Assembly (NCBI GenBank): GCA_021300155.1
Contig: JAJTID010000041.1
Span: 12,608-76,607 of the forward strand
Length of the DNA: 64,000 nt
Direction of reading: 5' to 3'
Origin: Pirellula sp.
GTDB taxonomy: Bacteria > Planctomycetota > Planctomycetia > Pirellulales > Pirellulaceae
The position numbers were made by a program, and so were the translations under genes. This document shows, piece after piece, positions 1-10,500 of the stretch; the stretch's first letter is position 1; each line of letters opens with the position of its first letter. The notes below the pieces were generated by a model. It saw only the letters and a program-made list of their open reading frames with translations, was not told where the DNA came from and made no database searches.

Positions 1-2
1 AC

Positions 3-707
3 CGGCGAATTGACAGTTCTCAGTTTGAAGTAGTCTCGCGGCTAATGCAGCGGAAAGGACATGGAACGGAAAATTCCATCATTACGCCGGAGGAAGTCTT
101 TTCTCTGTTGCTAGAAGCAGATCCTTTTCCTTTGATCGAAAGATTCTATCGCGCCGCACCTACCATTCAGCGACAGATCGAACTGATAGAAGATGTGTTC
201 GTTCCCGCATTGTGGCATATCGGTGATCAATGGCAACGGAGCGTCATCTCTGTATCTCAAGAGAAAATTTGCACGAGCACAGCATCGATGGTTCTCGATG
301 GGCTGACCGCTCGTTTCTCAACATCAACCAATAGAGAACGAACATTTGTTGGAGCATCGTTTGCTTCTAGTCACGACACTTTAGCATCGAAGATCGTAGC
401 CTTAGGTCTCATGTCGATCGATGTTCGACCAATCTTCCTTGGGTGCGGTATCGCTCCTGAGTACATTGCTGAATGTGCTGCGCTATCGAACGCAGAAGCA
501 GTTTGGATATCACACACGCATGTTTTGGATCTCGATCAAGTCGTTCGTGATCACAAGGTGTTGCGAGAACTACTTCCCTCGAGAATCCGAGTGATCATCG
601 GAGGAGGTGGGCTGTCACCATCCGCTCGTCGCTTGATGGACGATTGTACCTATCATGAATCGATACTTGCTTGGCTAGAGCAAGAGAACAGCTTGCGAGT
701 TTCGTAA
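3..707 (+). CDS. Cobalamin (B12)-binding domain protein, CarH/LitR-like C-terminal region; probably 5'-truncated by the window
   Basis: The frame is open from nt 3 to the ATG at 45 (RRIDSSQFEVVSRLM), so the gene likely starts before the window. It contains the B12-binding_2 helix motif 'PALWHIGDQW...ISVSQE', a Rossmann-like B12 domain with His ('SSHDTLA') and 'IRVIIGGG'. Confidence 0.7.
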   Translation, partial: RRIDSSQFEVVSRLMQRKGHGTENSIITPEEVFSLLLEADPFPLIERFYRAAPTIQRQIELIEDVFVPALWHIGDQWQRSVISVSQEKICTSTASMVLDGLTARFSTSTNRERTFVGASFASSHDTLASKIVALGLMSIDVRPIFLGCGIAPEYIAECAALSNAEAVWISHTHVLDLDQVVRDHKVLRELLPSRIRVIIGGGGLSPSARRLMDDCTYHESILAWLEQENSLRVS

Positions 708-735
708 CGGTATCGCGGTTGAACAAAACATTCTG

Positions 736-1335
736 CTAACTTTCGAACACACCGTTCCTCAGAAAGTGGATCATGAGCCGAGCCGCCTTTCGCGAGACCA
801 AAAGTGAATTGTGTGTTTCGGCAAGAGTCTGATGGCAGGTCTCGTTTGCAAAGTGAGTTTTGGAAAGCGGAACGAGAAAATCGTACCTAGCCGCCAACAC
901 CCCGATTTGGAAATCATTTGTCGATTTGATTTTATTAACATAACTCTCTCGCTGATCGGAAAGCTCGCGAGCTGGCGCAATTCGTTGACCGGAAAGTTTG
1001 GAGATGATTCGAGCGACTGGTGAACCCGCGTTGGGCGGTGCCAACAAGACGATTCTACCAATTCTTGAAGGTTCGATGCGCCTTAACGCGGCGCGAACCA
1101 CAATCGATCCCATACTGTGTGCAACGATATGCACTTTTGGCTCGTTCGCCAAATTCGTTGAAAGGTACGCGGCAAAACGTTCCGCGTGTGATTCAATCGG
1201 ACGAAAGAAAGTGATGTAAGGCCAAGTCTCTGGACGAAATCCGTCGCGCCACAGTCGGTACGCAATAGGCCACATTACACATCGATGCGAAGCGACACCG
1301 TGGACAAGCACCACCTTCTCTGAGTTTTGTTCCAT
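736..1335 (-). CDS. Alpha/beta hydrolase (esterase/lipase-like)
   Basis: Oxyanion motif 'VVLVHG', nucleophile elbow 'AHSMGS', 'LAPPNAGS', late Asp and His. Confidence 0.85.
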   Translation of the reverse strand: MEQNSEKVVLVHGVASHRCVMWPIAYRLWRDGFRPETWPYITFFRPIESHAERFAAYLSTNLANEPKVHIVAHSMGSIVVRAALRRIEPSRIGRIVLLAPPNAGSPVARIISKLSGQRIAPARELSDQRESYVNKIKSTNDFQIGVLAARYDFLVPLSKTHFANETCHQTLAETHNSLLVSRKAARLMIHFLRNGVFES

Positions 1336-1406
1336 GCTTGGGATTCTTGTGTAGAATAAGGCTCTTATCGTTTGACCTGTCCTGCTTTTTCCGCTTTGGC
1401 CAATCT

Positions 1407-3572
1407 ATGATGAATCGATACCTACGATGGATTCCTGCCTCCTTGTGCATCGCCATTTGTTCGCACGCATTTTCCGATGAAGGTATGTATCCCGTCAGCG
1501 AATTACCTCGACTGAAATTGGAAACGAAAGGACTGAAGATCGGTTCCGAAGAACTCTTCAACGCTGACAAGGTAAGTGTCGTTGATGGAATTTGCAAGGT
1601 GAATGGTTGTACCGGTTCCTTTGTGTCGGCCGACGGTCTGATCATAACCAACCATCATTGCGCATTCGATGCAATCCAAAAGGGTAGTTCGTCGTCGAAC
1701 GATATCCTGCAAGACGGATTCATCGCGAAGACGCGAGCGGATGAAATTCGGGCTGTCGGGTATACCGTACGAATCACGGAGTCCTATTCAGACGTCTCGA
1801 AAGAAGTGCTCCAGGTAGCGAGCGATACCATGCCGTTCCTCGATAGAACAAAGGCAATCGATAAACGACGAAAAGAACTCGAAAAAGAAGCAGAACAAAA
1901 GAACGCAGGCTTGCGCGCTGAAGTTGCCGAGATGTTTCCTGGCAAGACTTATGTTTTGTTTCTGTACACTTATCTAAAGGATGTTCGGCTCGTTTTCGCT
2001 CCCCCCATATCGATCGGTGCCTTTGGTGGCGAAACGGATAACTGGGAGTGGCCAAGGCATACCGGTGACTTTTCCTTCATGCGAGCTTACACCGCACCCA
2101 ATGGATCGGCGGCGGAATACTCACCCGAGAACGTCCCTTTCAAGCCAAAGCGACCGATACGGGTGAACGCGCAAGGTGTCAACGAAGAGGACTTCGTGTT
2201 TATCCTTGGTTACCCTGGTCGCACAGTTCGTCAAAAGACTGCGAGCTTTTTTCGCTATGAACAGAACATTCGGCTCCCCATCGTCGCAGAACTCTATGCA
2301 TGGCAGATTGCCGAGATGGAGAAAGCGGGCGCTGTCGATCGTGGCGTTGCGATCAAACATTCGTCTCGTTCCAAATCACTGGCGAATGTTGAGAAACGCT
2401 CGCGCGGCCAAGTCCTGGGGCTGAAACGAACCGATCTCGTTTCCAAGCGTGTCGATGAGGAGACGAAGCTGAAGGAGTTTGTGAATGCAAAGCCGGAGTT
2501 CAAAGCAAAGTACAGCAATCTATTTCGCGAGATCGATTCCGTTTACGAAGAGATGTCTGCAAACGGGCCGGTAGAGCTCCATTTCAAAGAACTGCGTTCC
2601 GCATGTAGGACCCTATCTTTTGCGTTCACATTGCTCGATGCTGCTGTCGAACGTCAAAAAGAGGACCTCGATCGCGAAGCGCCCTATATGGAACGAAACT
2701 TCAGCCTGACGATGCAACAACTGAAGCTGGATGTTGGAGATTTGGATCGCAATACAGACGTCGTGATGATGAATGGAATGCTTGAACGCCTTCAAAAATT
2801 AAACGCAAACAAAGCAATTCCAGAATTGAACGTAATCGTTGGCGGTTCACCCGAAGATAGCAAATCTGTGAAAACGGCTTTGCAACAGGCAATCATGAAC
2901 ACCAGACTCGGAGATGTTGCATTCATCGAGGAGTGTTCGAAAAAGACACCTGCAGAATTAGAGCGAGTGCAAGATGGTGTTTTGCAGGTCATGATAAGGT
3001 TGTATCCCGCATATCGCAAATTGCGTGACCTCGACAAAGAGCGAGATGGAAAGCTTAATCAACTTTATGGTTCGTTGGTGGAAGTCAAGCAAGCATACGA
3101 ACCAACAACCTTTGTGCCCGATGCCAACGCAACGCTCCGCATTACCTATGGTCGAGTGCGTGGGTATTCTCCCGCTGATGCCGTGCAACGCACGCCTATC
3201 TCGACGTTGGATGGTGTATTGGAAAAAACTACCGGTTCTGAACCATATATTTCACCGAAGAAGCTCCTAGCTACCGTGGCTGCCAAAGATTTTGGACCAT
3301 TCGTGCATCCCAAACTTGGTAAAGTGCCAGTGGCGATTCTATACGATACAGATACAACTGGCGGGAATTCGGGGAGTCCAGTACTAAACGCGAATGCGGA
3401 ATTAGTAGCTGTCAATTTTGACCGAACCTTTGAAGCGACGATCAACGACTTTGCATGGAATTCCAGCTACAGTCGCTCGATCGGTGTTGATATTCGCTAC
3501 GTACTCTGGGTCACCGGTCGGGTATACGGAGCCAATCATCTGTTGGAAGAGATGGGCGTATCCTCAAGATAG
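1407..3572 (+). CDS. S46 family dipeptidyl peptidase (DPP7/DPP11 type), signal peptide
   Basis: Signal peptide followed by 'DEGMY'; catalytic motifs 'TNHHC', 'DNWEWPRH' and 'TTGGNSGSPV'. Start placed at ATG 1407 rather than the track's 1338. Confidence 0.93.
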   Translation: MMNRYLRWIPASLCIAICSHAFSDEGMYPVSELPRLKLETKGLKIGSEELFNADKVSVVDGICKVNGCTGSFVSADGLIITNHHCAFDAIQKGSSSSNDILQDGFIAKTRADEIRAVGYTVRITESYSDVSKEVLQVASDTMPFLDRTKAIDKRRKELEKEAEQKNAGLRAEVAEMFPGKTYVLFLYTYLKDVRLVFAPPISIGAFGGETDNWEWPRHTGDFSFMRAYTAPNGSAAEYSPENVPFKPKRPIRVNAQGVNEEDFVFILGYPGRTVRQKTASFFRYEQNIRLPIVAELYAWQIAEMEKAGAVDRGVAIKHSSRSKSLANVEKRSRGQVLGLKRTDLVSKRVDEETKLKEFVNAKPEFKAKYSNLFREIDSVYEEMSANGPVELHFKELRSACRTLSFAFTLLDAAVERQKEDLDREAPYMERNFSLTMQQLKLDVGDLDRNTDVVMMNGMLERLQKLNANKAIPELNVIVGGSPEDSKSVKTALQQAIMNTRLGDVAFIEECSKKTPAELERVQDGVLQVMIRLYPAYRKLRDLDKERDGKLNQLYGSLVEVKQAYEPTTFVPDANATLRITYGRVRGYSPADAVQRTPISTLDGVLEKTTGSEPYISPKKLLATVAAKDFGPFVHPKLGKVPVAILYDTDTTGGNSGSPVLNANAELVAVNFDRTFEATINDFAWNSSYSRSIGVDIRYVLWVTGRVYGANHLLEEMGVSSR

Positions 3573-3630
3573 GCTTGCTTGGGTGGTGTAAGCGGCTATC
3601 CTGGCAGCTTCGAGAGATGACACTTATTTT

Positions 3631-4281
3631 GTGGATGGTTGGATGGCAATCGTTTGGACCGAAGAAAACGCTTCTCAGGAGCGAGTGAACACTTGCACAC
3701 ATGGTTTCGGCTTTGCGGTTAGTGTTCCTGCTGGGATTGCGATGGTTACGGCCGGTTGGCAAAAATCCACACTCATCGTCGCAGCTTGCACCGTTTATGC
3801 GTTGAGTTTGTCGTTCATGTATTTGTTTTCCACCCTTTCGCACTGGGTAAAAGAGCCATTGCTGCGGCATCGAGTGCGATCCCTGGACCAAGGGTTCGTC
3901 TACACACTGATCGCAGGTACATTCACACCTTTCATTTGTGCATTCTTGAATGGCTGGCTGTGCTTTGGAATGTTGGCTTTCGTTTGGGGAGCGGCTTCTG
4001 CCGGGTTCTATTCGAAAGTTTTTTCTAGGCACCGCATCAACAATATGGCGAGCCTGACTTATCTGCTATTGGGTTGGGTACCGGCGATGATTCTGTTTGG
4101 GTACGTGCCACCTGGTTGTTTTACGATGATGGCGGTCGGAGGGGTGATTTACTCTTTGGGGGTTTGGTTTCTTCAAAATGATCATCTCTCAGAATATCAT
4201 CACGCGATTTGGCATGTGGCAGTCATAATTGCGAGCGGCTGGCACTACGCGGCAATTTGGATTTATGCGGTTTCGCGGTAA
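3631..4281 (+). CDS. Hemolysin III / PAQR family membrane protein
   Basis: 'ERVNTCTHG', 'STLSH', 'LDQGFVYTLIAGTFTP', 'HAIWHVAV'; about 7 hydrophobic segments. Confidence 0.9.
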   Translation: MDGWMAIVWTEENASQERVNTCTHGFGFAVSVPAGIAMVTAGWQKSTLIVAACTVYALSLSFMYLFSTLSHWVKEPLLRHRVRSLDQGFVYTLIAGTFTPFICAFLNGWLCFGMLAFVWGAASAGFYSKVFSRHRINNMASLTYLLLGWVPAMILFGYVPPGCFTMMAVGGVIYSLGVWFLQNDHLSEYHHAIWHVAVIIASGWHYAAIWIYAVSR

Positions 4282-4341
4282 AGAGAATAACCGATAGAGT
4301 TGCGGGCTAATCAATATTGGCCTAAGGTGGATTTTCATCAC

Positions 4342-4436
4342 AACCCGTAGCATGAGCGAGGGACGTACAATCCCACAGAATTACGCGATTATGCGTCGGG
4401 TTGGGATTAAAGCAACAAGCCCTCACGCATCGGGTT
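4342..4436. repeat. Degenerate REP-like palindrome arms related to the 47573-47623 element
   Basis: aacccgtagcatgagcgaggga (4342-4363) resembles aacccgaagcgttagcgaggga. Partial right arms are tgcgtcgggtt (about 4392-4402) and ccctcacgcatcgggtt (4420-4436). Intergenic. Confidence 0.55.
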
Positions 4437-4542
4437 GAGATGATGCACAGGCTGCTCGAGTGGCCGAAGCCGCAATCCGTCGCTTTTTGAGTTGAGTTGT
4501 GATGTATAGTTACACACTACTAATTTCATTGGAGGACAGAGT

Positions 4543-5313
4543 TTGAATCGACATTCGTTACGCGTCTCGTTCCCAAGTGGCCCCTGGAAACTGTCTGGGA
4601 TTTTGGAGCAACCCATGACAACTCCGAAGGGAACGATTCTCTTTTCGCATTGCTTTACTTGCAACAAAGACTTGAAAGCCATCGTCCGGATCGGTCGAGC
4701 TTTGGCGGAGTTGGGTTGGAATGTGTTACGGTATGACTTTCGTGGCTTAGGGAACAGCGAAGGGATCTTTTCTCAATCGAACTTCACAACGAACTGCGAA
4801 GATCTGCAATCAGCTGCCTTTTACCTAACGAGTACGGTTGGTGGGCCTCATTTTCTGCTGGGGCATAGCTTCGGAGGTGCCGCAAGTCTCGCGAACGCGA
4901 TGCGTATCGAGTCGGTCCGCGGAGTCATGACATTAGCTGCTCCGAGTGACACGCATCACTTGGCCAGTTTACTCGATCGTATGGACCCGAAGATCTCCAG
5001 TGAAGGCAAAGGTTCCGTGACTATCGGTGGTTTTCGGTATGATATCGAGCAACAAATGCTAGAAGATTTTCGTAGCCATGATTTATCGACAAGCCTGCAA
5101 TCTCTCATCAAACCCGTCTTAGCATTCCATTCTCCCTCGGATGAGACGGTATCGTACGAACATGCGATTCGCATTTGTGGATTCAACAACGAGAATGAAA
5201 AAAGAGAGCCTCGATCGTTGATCACTCTTCCCGGAAGTAATCACTTGTTGACCGACGAATCGCATTGTCAGTGGGTGGCACAATTGATGGATACATGGTG
5301 CAAAGGAATCTAA
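4543..5313 (+). CDS. Alpha/beta hydrolase (type found N-terminal to OsmC in bifunctional proteins)
   Basis: 'FSHCFTCNKD', 'VLRYDFRGLGNSEG', 'GHSFGG', 'FHSPSDETV', C-terminal 'NHLL'; TTG start. Confidence 0.85.
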   Translation: MNRHSLRVSFPSGPWKLSGILEQPMTTPKGTILFSHCFTCNKDLKAIVRIGRALAELGWNVLRYDFRGLGNSEGIFSQSNFTTNCEDLQSAAFYLTSTVGGPHFLLGHSFGGAASLANAMRIESVRGVMTLAAPSDTHHLASLLDRMDPKISSEGKGSVTIGGFRYDIEQQMLEDFRSHDLSTSLQSLIKPVLAFHSPSDETVSYEHAIRICGFNNENEKREPRSLITLPGSNHLLTDESHCQWVAQLMDTWCKGI

Positions 5314-5319
5314 GATTGT

Positions 5320-7554
5320 TCAATATTGTTCAGGAATGGGATCCAACGCGATAATATACTTCGTTCGGAGTAGTTCGATATCCTGCGAGGAAAACTGCCC
5401 CTGCGACAAGCGAATGTTGCAACGCGGAGGTAAGGGGCAATTCAAGATCCCTTTGACTGTCACAGCCGTATTCGACAAATCGATCGAGTAGACATTCGGC
5501 TTCAATTTTTCTAGTCCGATATCGGTCAGGGCTGTGTCCGAGAGATTAAGGGTGCCAAATACCGTCGGCAGGGAGCCAACGTTCTCATCAACCAGGCCAG
5601 ATCCTTTCATACTAAGAAAACTGAGGTTCTGCTGCCAATCTCGGAAACATGCGCCGGTAAATTGCTTTCCAGTCAGCGACAGATCATACAAACTAGTCGC
5701 ATTTACGAGGAAATCCGAGATACCTTTGTCGGTAAAATTGCCATCCCCGAGCTCCAGCCTGTAGATATTGGTACCAAAATTGACAAGATAAGAATCTGTC
5801 AATTGTGTGTTCTTTAGAATCAACTTTGTCGAATTCTGGAACTGTAGGAGTGCCGGAGAAAACGAGCTGTCGGTAAGCGGGCAGCCGTCTAGGATCAATT
5901 CATTTACTTGCATTATTTGGCTGAATGCACGACTGAATTCGCTCCCGTCGATAGGATTTCCCGACACATCTAGCTTCTGGTAGTGCCCTCCCCCTAAACG
6001 TAAGAAGTCGGCGAGCCCTTTGTCGGTAATTTGATTACGTGACAAGTTCAGTGAACGGTATCGCAGCATAACGACACTGAGATCTTCGTCCTTGAGTCCG
6101 AGGTTGCTCAAATCGATCGACCTGAGGCGATGGTAAACCAATGTCTGTCCTGAGCCGAGAAGACGAAGGATCGATTCTGGTGTCAAAGGATTACCCGCGA
6201 TCGACAAATGAACCAAGCTAGGATATCTCCATGTGAAGTTGAGTTCATTCAACTGTGACTCGTTTAGACCCGTGTTGCTCAGATCTAACGAACTTAGATT
6301 AGGGTATCGAGCGAGCATCGCCGAAAAATCTTGAGGAAGCGGTCCACCTGACAGCGAGATTTTCTTAATCTTGAGTTTGGGCTCAAAACTCTCAAGCAAC
6401 CTCCGATCTGCATTGGGAGCGAAGACTAGACTGACCACTTCTCGATTTCGCGTCTCAATCGCAACACCTTGTTCTCCAAGCGAGTGTCGCAGCGCTGCAA
6501 GACTTTGATCAACATTCTTGCGGTGAGTTCGGATCGCAACAATGGTGAAACTTAAAACCAGTGTGATTATCGCAAATAGCGCAGTCCAACGGAAATGAAC
6601 GCTTTGAAAGAACCGTTGAGTCGGCTCGAACTCTTCAACATCCTTCAAGGGGACATGCAATTTCGCGGTTGCACTCTTTGGTTCGTACCGTTGCAATACA
6701 AAGCCGATTCGCCGCAGCAAGATAAGTGCCAATGTAAAAATCGAACACGCGAAAACGCTCGGTAGAAGAATAAACACAAAGTTCGACGGCATAGAGTATG
6801 TATAAATGATGGCAAGTACTAACGGAGCAAGCATACTTGCCAAGAAAGAAAGCACTCCGGCTGTCCAATAACTCTTGATGCGGAAAGCAAAGTAGGCCGA
6901 TGGCAACACGACCAATGCATTGAACGCCCCCCAAACAAGCCCTAAACCTGTTAGGGTTAAAATAGAAGAGAGTTCATTGCCATTTTCCAAGACTAGTCTT
7001 GGAGCCGTCGTCATCCAAAGGGCACATGCAACCGAAGTCATCAGCAGAAAGAAATCAACAACGACGAGTGGCTCACGCTTCGCTGTCGCTAAACCGAAGG
7101 AGAACCGCCAACCGAGCAAAAAGCGTGTAAGGTAGAGCGGAAGTGAACAAACTATGACAATCCACGGGACCACAAATGCGATGCACAACGCACTGAACGG
7201 TTCTTGATCCAAAGTGATGCCGAAAATGAAAAAGCTTGAGCCGCTACTTCCGATGCTCATTCCCATTAAACTCAGACCAGCAAAAAGTACAAATCCCAAA
7301 ACACCTGCGAATAGACCTGCAAGCCAAGACTTCCCTACCAAGCCAGCAACACTAGCGATCGCTGCAAGATGAGTAATGAACCACGTAGGAATAAGAATTC
7401 CATCCCACCACAAACCGAAACCGCCGATCATGCTGTACAAACATGGCACGAAGAAATCGATGATCGCGGCAAAAACAACTAACGCGATATAGGCCGAACG
7501 AGAAATCGATTTAAGGGAAAGAGTTTCCGATGCCTGAACTTTAGACTTAATCAT
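5320..7554 (-). CDS. Polytopic membrane protein with C-terminal leucine-rich repeats
   Basis: About 10 hydrophobic segments in the N-terminal ~340 aa, then repeated LxxLxLSxT/NxxxD units (LSSLDLSNTGL, LRSIDLSNLGL, LNLSRNQITD, LNLSDTALTD). Confidence 0.75.
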   Translation of the reverse strand: MIKSKVQASETLSLKSISRSAYIALVVFAAIIDFFVPCLYSMIGGFGLWWDGILIPTWFITHLAAIASVAGLVGKSWLAGLFAGVLGFVLFAGLSLMGMSIGSSGSSFFIFGITLDQEPFSALCIAFVVPWIVIVCSLPLYLTRFLLGWRFSFGLATAKREPLVVVDFFLLMTSVACALWMTTAPRLVLENGNELSSILTLTGLGLVWGAFNALVVLPSAYFAFRIKSYWTAGVLSFLASMLAPLVLAIIYTYSMPSNFVFILLPSVFACSIFTLALILLRRIGFVLQRYEPKSATAKLHVPLKDVEEFEPTQRFFQSVHFRWTALFAIITLVLSFTIVAIRTHRKNVDQSLAALRHSLGEQGVAIETRNREVVSLVFAPNADRRLLESFEPKLKIKKISLSGGPLPQDFSAMLARYPNLSSLDLSNTGLNESQLNELNFTWRYPSLVHLSIAGNPLTPESILRLLGSGQTLVYHRLRSIDLSNLGLKDEDLSVVMLRYRSLNLSRNQITDKGLADFLRLGGGHYQKLDVSGNPIDGSEFSRAFSQIMQVNELILDGCPLTDSSFSPALLQFQNSTKLILKNTQLTDSYLVNFGTNIYRLELGDGNFTDKGISDFLVNATSLYDLSLTGKQFTGACFRDWQQNLSFLSMKGSGLVDENVGSLPTVFGTLNLSDTALTDIGLEKLKPNVYSIDLSNTAVTVKGILNCPLPPRCNIRLSQGQFSSQDIELLRTKYIIALDPIPEQY

Positions 7555-7592
7555 CTGCTTCCTCGTTGTGATCTGATTCTAATAGCGTCAAA

Positions 7593-10500
7593 TCAATGCT
7601 CAGGATCACCGATGGACATTGTTCCAGCCCAGAATTTTGGCAAGCTACCTGAGACTCGTTCCGCTGGCATTTGAAATCCTTGCAACGATGGTTCAGTACT
7701 GACATCGAATTCCTCAATCCATAAGTTCGCCACCGCTCGCTGCCAAGCGCGGGAGAACGTCGTCCCCTCCAAGCCATCCTGTAGTGATTGCAGTAGCGTG
7801 CAAGTGCTTTCACCGCCAACATGCCAACGCGTTACGACGATATGCCGAGTTCCTTGGCCAATCATGGATAAGCTCAATCGAAGCCACTCGTCCCCCGTTG
7901 TTGTCGATGGATCGAAAGTGCATTGAGCACCAAAAAACCATTGTTCTCTCGGCATCCCCCAAGGCAGTTGATTCCAGCCTGCCATCGTCGCGAAGCCAGG
8001 AGTCCGATCAATCCCTGTCACAAACGCATTAGGATCACTCCATGGATTCATCATCAACGAAACAACGCGGTCGGAAGCCAGTTTTGTATACCGGGCCGGC
8101 GGCAGGGACTGAGACGAAGTTACATCTACCGTTTGCGCTTTTGGAACAAGCGCAACGGTACGTTCCATCAACGAAGTCGCAGATGATTTCGCCTTGCCCC
8201 AGAACTCTGCGCTCTGCAGAACTAATGGACTAGAGGCCGCACTTGCACCGGGTTGAATAAGCTGCGGAATGCAACCAAGTGTCGGTGAGTAGCAGATCGC
8301 ATGATTGGAGATGGCAGCGACATAACCGCGTGCCGAATCCATCGGAAATAACTCCAATGGCATTTGCCAAAGGCTCTCATCTGGCACAATGATCCATCGT
8401 TCTTGGCGTTTCAAGACGTTCCAGACCTCATCTGGCAACAAAACCGATCGGAGTTCGACAATCAATTTTTTCAAATTGGGTTGGTCCACAGTTCCACCCG
8501 TTCCGATCGCAGCCAGCATCGCATTGAGTCCATTAAGCCAGCCGGATTTTTCGGCCACTTGCCATGATTGCATCCCTTGCGGAGTAACGATAAAACCGAC
8601 AACCGTTTTGTCTAAGACACCGAACATCACAACGGCATCGTTTGGTTGCATCGATTTGCGAAGTGCAGGAAGATCGAGTCTCGTCGGGAACGATGCTGGG
8701 ATAGCCAGGGGACCCGCGGAGGCAGCCCAGAGCAATGACTCTTGGGTGGTGCTCAATCGAATCAACGCATCCCACCGTTTACTTTCTTCTTCATTCCATC
8801 GGCGTGTATCCCACTGGGGAGATCTCTCAAACGGGTCGATCCACTCTCGCATCAAGCTTGCGTTTTGACTCAGCTTCGGAAGATTACGGCGTAAAGACTC
8901 TATCTCTTTTGCTTCGCGAGGCGACAGATTTGTTATGTCAGTGTGGATCGCACGGCGCAACTCAAACAATCGACCACCGAGAAGACTCGAACGTCGAAAA
9001 CGATATCCCGCCCATGCGTCCCATGCCAAAAGTTGCTCTTCAAAATCCGTCGATAACTGAACTGTTCGAAGATACGATTTCCAAACCTCTGATTTATCCG
9101 TAGTTTGGAATACGAGTTGTTCTAAGACATGAGTTCGCCATAGTCCTGGTCGATCTCGTTGCAACAAATCTCCCAGCACACGCCTGCCAATCTCAGGAGT
9201 GAGTTGCTTTCCCTCGACCAAACTATGGGCCAAGTTGAGTTGGTAGAGCAGCCTCGATCCTGTGTTTAGGGGCGTGGTGCCACGGAGATCGACTAACGAT
9301 TCTTCCAGTTTCTGAAGTCCCTGCGAATCATTCCCTTCCAAGAATGCAATGCGCGACTGAGAGTATGCGACTGAAGCCATCATTTTTGGCAACGATATTT
9401 GTTTAGGCAAAAGCATCGCTGTTGCGTTGCTCGCTTGTTTGCGTACGACTTCTGCATCACCGCGCAATGCCGCTTGGCGAACCACTTCTACTTGTGAGCG
9501 AATGGTGACTAAACGACTTCTTGCATTGGCCCACTTTGCGGTTTGTTGAAGCGTCTTACCTACCGCTGCGCCCTCCTTTTGATTTTGAAACGAGCACATC
9601 GACCATAGTTCTAAAGCCTCGTCAACATGATCTGCTTGTTCGGCCTTGGCTGCACTGAGGCTCGCTTCCAGCGCGAACTCCTCTGCACTAAGCATCTCGT
9701 TCGAATCGATAGCCATATCAGCCAAAGACAACAGAGCGATCGATGTCAATGCATGGTCGTGGCCACTACTGAGGGTCAAGTTCTTCTTTAGTGCCATCGC
9801 AGTCGTTGAGCGATTGGCAGTAGGGCTGCGCGCTAATGTGGAGCAAATCGAGAGGCCAACCCTCACCGGTTCATGCATTTGCGGCGCGTTGGGGACAACG
9901 AAGACTTGGGCAAGCAACGGGGTGACCGGATTATGTTCAACGAGTCCACCCATCAACTGGAGGCGTCGTCGAAGTGCAATCGCTTGGCAACGCAGTATTT
10001 CGGTAGCATCGATTGGAACTAGTTTTCCTTCGACTCCTCTCCCTGATTGTCGCTCTAACAACAAGTCGGTAGATCCCAATGCGATCGACCAGGGATCGGA
10101 ATAGGAAAGGAACGTCGCGTTTCGACTATTCGAAGCCCCCCAAGTTACGTCCTTTCCCTTCGATTCGACACGGTCGTTTGGTACTGGGTTGCTCATTAGC
10201 GAAATCCAACCCGAGCATTGAATCGAGATTGCTAGTGCGGATTCAAACTTATCCAAGGCGGCACCGATGTCCCCTTGCGTGAGCAAGCATTCACCCATCA
10301 TGACTAAGGGCGGAATACTATCGATTCCACGTTCTCCGTTCACTTGTCGAGATTGAGCGAGAGCTTGTTGAAATCCTTCGAATGCCTGCGAGGTCTGGGC
10401 ATCTTCGTAAAAATCAATCGAAGCGTAATACTCAGGGCGAATAAGATTGCTTGCAATGGTGCCCTTGCGAGGTGCCTTTGCGGTTTGAGCGAAACATGGT

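Noticed and set aside
3631-4281. Toxin/hemolysin role
   Set aside because: The hemolysin III/PAQR family is a widespread housekeeping membrane family; the name alone does not support toxicity.
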